Origin: Geosiphon pyriformis uo1
Taxonomy: Eukaryota > Fungi > Glomeromycota
NCBI GenBank assembly: GCA_016748015.1
Contig: JAAOMT010000109.1
Coordinates: forward strand, 331,820-395,819
Reading direction: 5' to 3'
Length of the DNA: 64,000 bases
Part shown: positions 62,201 to 64,000 of the stretch, piece by piece
Numbering within the stretch: the first letter of the stretch is position 1
Layout of the letters: each line of letters opens with the position of its first letter
Made by a program: the position numbers and the translations under genes
The notes under the pieces: generated by a model
Told to the model about the DNA's origin: nothing
Seen by the model: only the letters and a program-made list of their open reading frames with translations
The model's database searches: none

Positions 62201-64000
62201 CTTGTATTAATCTGAAAGTAGCATTAAAAATACCAGCAACAACTATGGTTCAATTAGTATTTAGATCTAATTTAGTGAAAAAGAGAATTAATATCAGAGA
62301 AGGAATAATTGACACAGAATATGTAAGAAATATTATTGTAATACTATAAAATAATTCAGAAAAATCATATATTATTGAACTAAATGAAAAAATAGCACAG
62401 ACAATATTTCTATTTTTAGTAAAAATAGCTTAGTTAGTATTAGTAAAAACAAGAAAAAAGTTAGGAATTACAACAAAAGAAAAAAATAGATTCAAATCAA
62501 TGAGTAAAATAGATGTATTAATTAATATGACAGAGAAAAAAACCATTAATAAAAAAAAATTATTTTTATCCATCAACCAGTTTTTATTTTACTATATGAC
62601 TAGTACATATTAGTAATAAAAAGAAAAATAAGAAATCAGCCCCAAATTTTTGAAGCAGAACTAACTATTTGTAAATCAGGAAAGATTGGAATCATTAATC
62701 TTTACATACCAGCCAAAAACTGTAAACACATCAAAATTTTCATCTATAATACAACTGAAAACATTATTAAAATACAAAGCAGAATTACCATTGGATATTT
62801 AAGCACTAAAGTTAAAGACTAATCACTAAATACTATTCCAAATTTTTTACAACTATGTAAATATGTGAATATTATATCACAAACTATATACAAATACAAA
62901 GAATATTATTTGTTATAATCAAAACAATTAGAACAAATGAACTTAAGAAACTTAAATCCACTTTAACAAATACAGCTCAAGATATTGTTAAACAATTTTA
63001 CTAATATTTTTGCCAGTAAAAATAAATTTAGCAGAACTGACATCATCCAATATTAAATTAAAACTGGAGATACTATGCCAATTAAACAATAGATATACTG
63101 AATACTACCAGCTAACCATAAGATTATTTGACAAAAAATTAACAGAATGTTGAATAATAAATTAATTCAATTATTAATGAGTTCATGGTTATTACAAGTA
63201 ATACTAGTCCAGAAAAAAAATGGGAAAATCTGCTTTTGTGTGAATTACAGAAAACTCAACAGTATTACTCATAGAAACAGTTATCTGACTTCACAAATTC
63301 AAGAATTATTTGATGTTTTTAGAGAAAAAAAATGGTTTTTTACATTAAATTTGAATAATAATTATTGGCAAGTAGCCATAAATTCAGTTAACAAAAAGAA
63401 AACAGTATTTATTACCTAAAAAGAGAATTTTGAATTTGATGTTATGCCATTTGGCTTAATAAATGTGCCAGTCACTTTTCAATGGCTTATAGAAATTGTC
63501 TATACCAGATTATTATAAAAATCAGTAGTAGTCTATTTAGACAACACCAACATATTTTTCAAAACATTTGATAACCACTTTTATTATCTTTAACAAGTGT
63601 TCAAAAAATTAAGAAGAGCTAAATTAAAATTGAATACAACCAAATGCTTCTTTGGTAAAACTGAACTGAAGTTTTTGGGATATGTCATAAGCAAAAATAG
63701 CATCAAGACAGATCCAAATAAGATTGAAATTGTTAAAAACTTTCCAGTATCAACAAATCTCACTAAATTAAAAATATTCTTGGAATTTGCTGGATATTAC
63801 TATTATTTTATTCAAAACTTTTTCAAATTGCTCAACCATTCTACCAGTTCTAGACCAAGAATATAAAATATAAATAGATTAAAGCTCAACAAAAAGCTTT
63901 TAATATTTTAAGAAGAAAACTTATTCAAGCCCTAGTACTAATTTATCTGAATTACAGCAAACTATTTATTATTATTACTGATACATCAGGCCAAGCATTG

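Larger units (their letters stand above)
57230..64000 (+). mobile_element. Gypsy-5, nested in the Gypsy-3 integrase; runs off the window in RNase H
   Basis: LTR 57230-58163 (TGTTATTCATA...GTAATA) and PBS 58166-58182. Gag, knuckle CHYCGKQKH (~59970), protease LILD (~60655), Cys-rich region, dUTPase (~62110-62500), RT (YLDN ~63533) and RNase H (ITDTSGQAL) follow. Confidence 0.92.

Overview
AT-rich eukaryotic, most likely fungal, DNA. The TE families and 60-80 nt GT-AG introns suggest an early-diverging fungus such as a Glomeromycotina species; this is inference from recall, not a search. Positions ~1-10,000 are unique sequence with CpGs retained and contain one well-supported gene (minus strand, 7927-9016). 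It has four exons and encodes a 294-aa secreted, Lys-rich protein with one repeat per exon and Kex2-type KR sites, a candidate peptide precursor or effector. From ~10 kb to the end the window is a nested transposon graveyard. It holds five copies or fragments of an RNase H-bearing LINE group, a candidate long-TIR DNA transposon relic, and five Ty3/Gypsy elements. The Gypsy architecture is unusual: a single Gag-PR-Cys-rich-dUTPase-RT-RH frame, then an apparently separate integrase ORF, then an unknown 219-aa ORF3 ending at the polypurine tract. All TEs are inactivated mainly by C>T/G>A transitions, with reading frames largely preserved, and the load rises with element age. All alignments and counts were done by eye.
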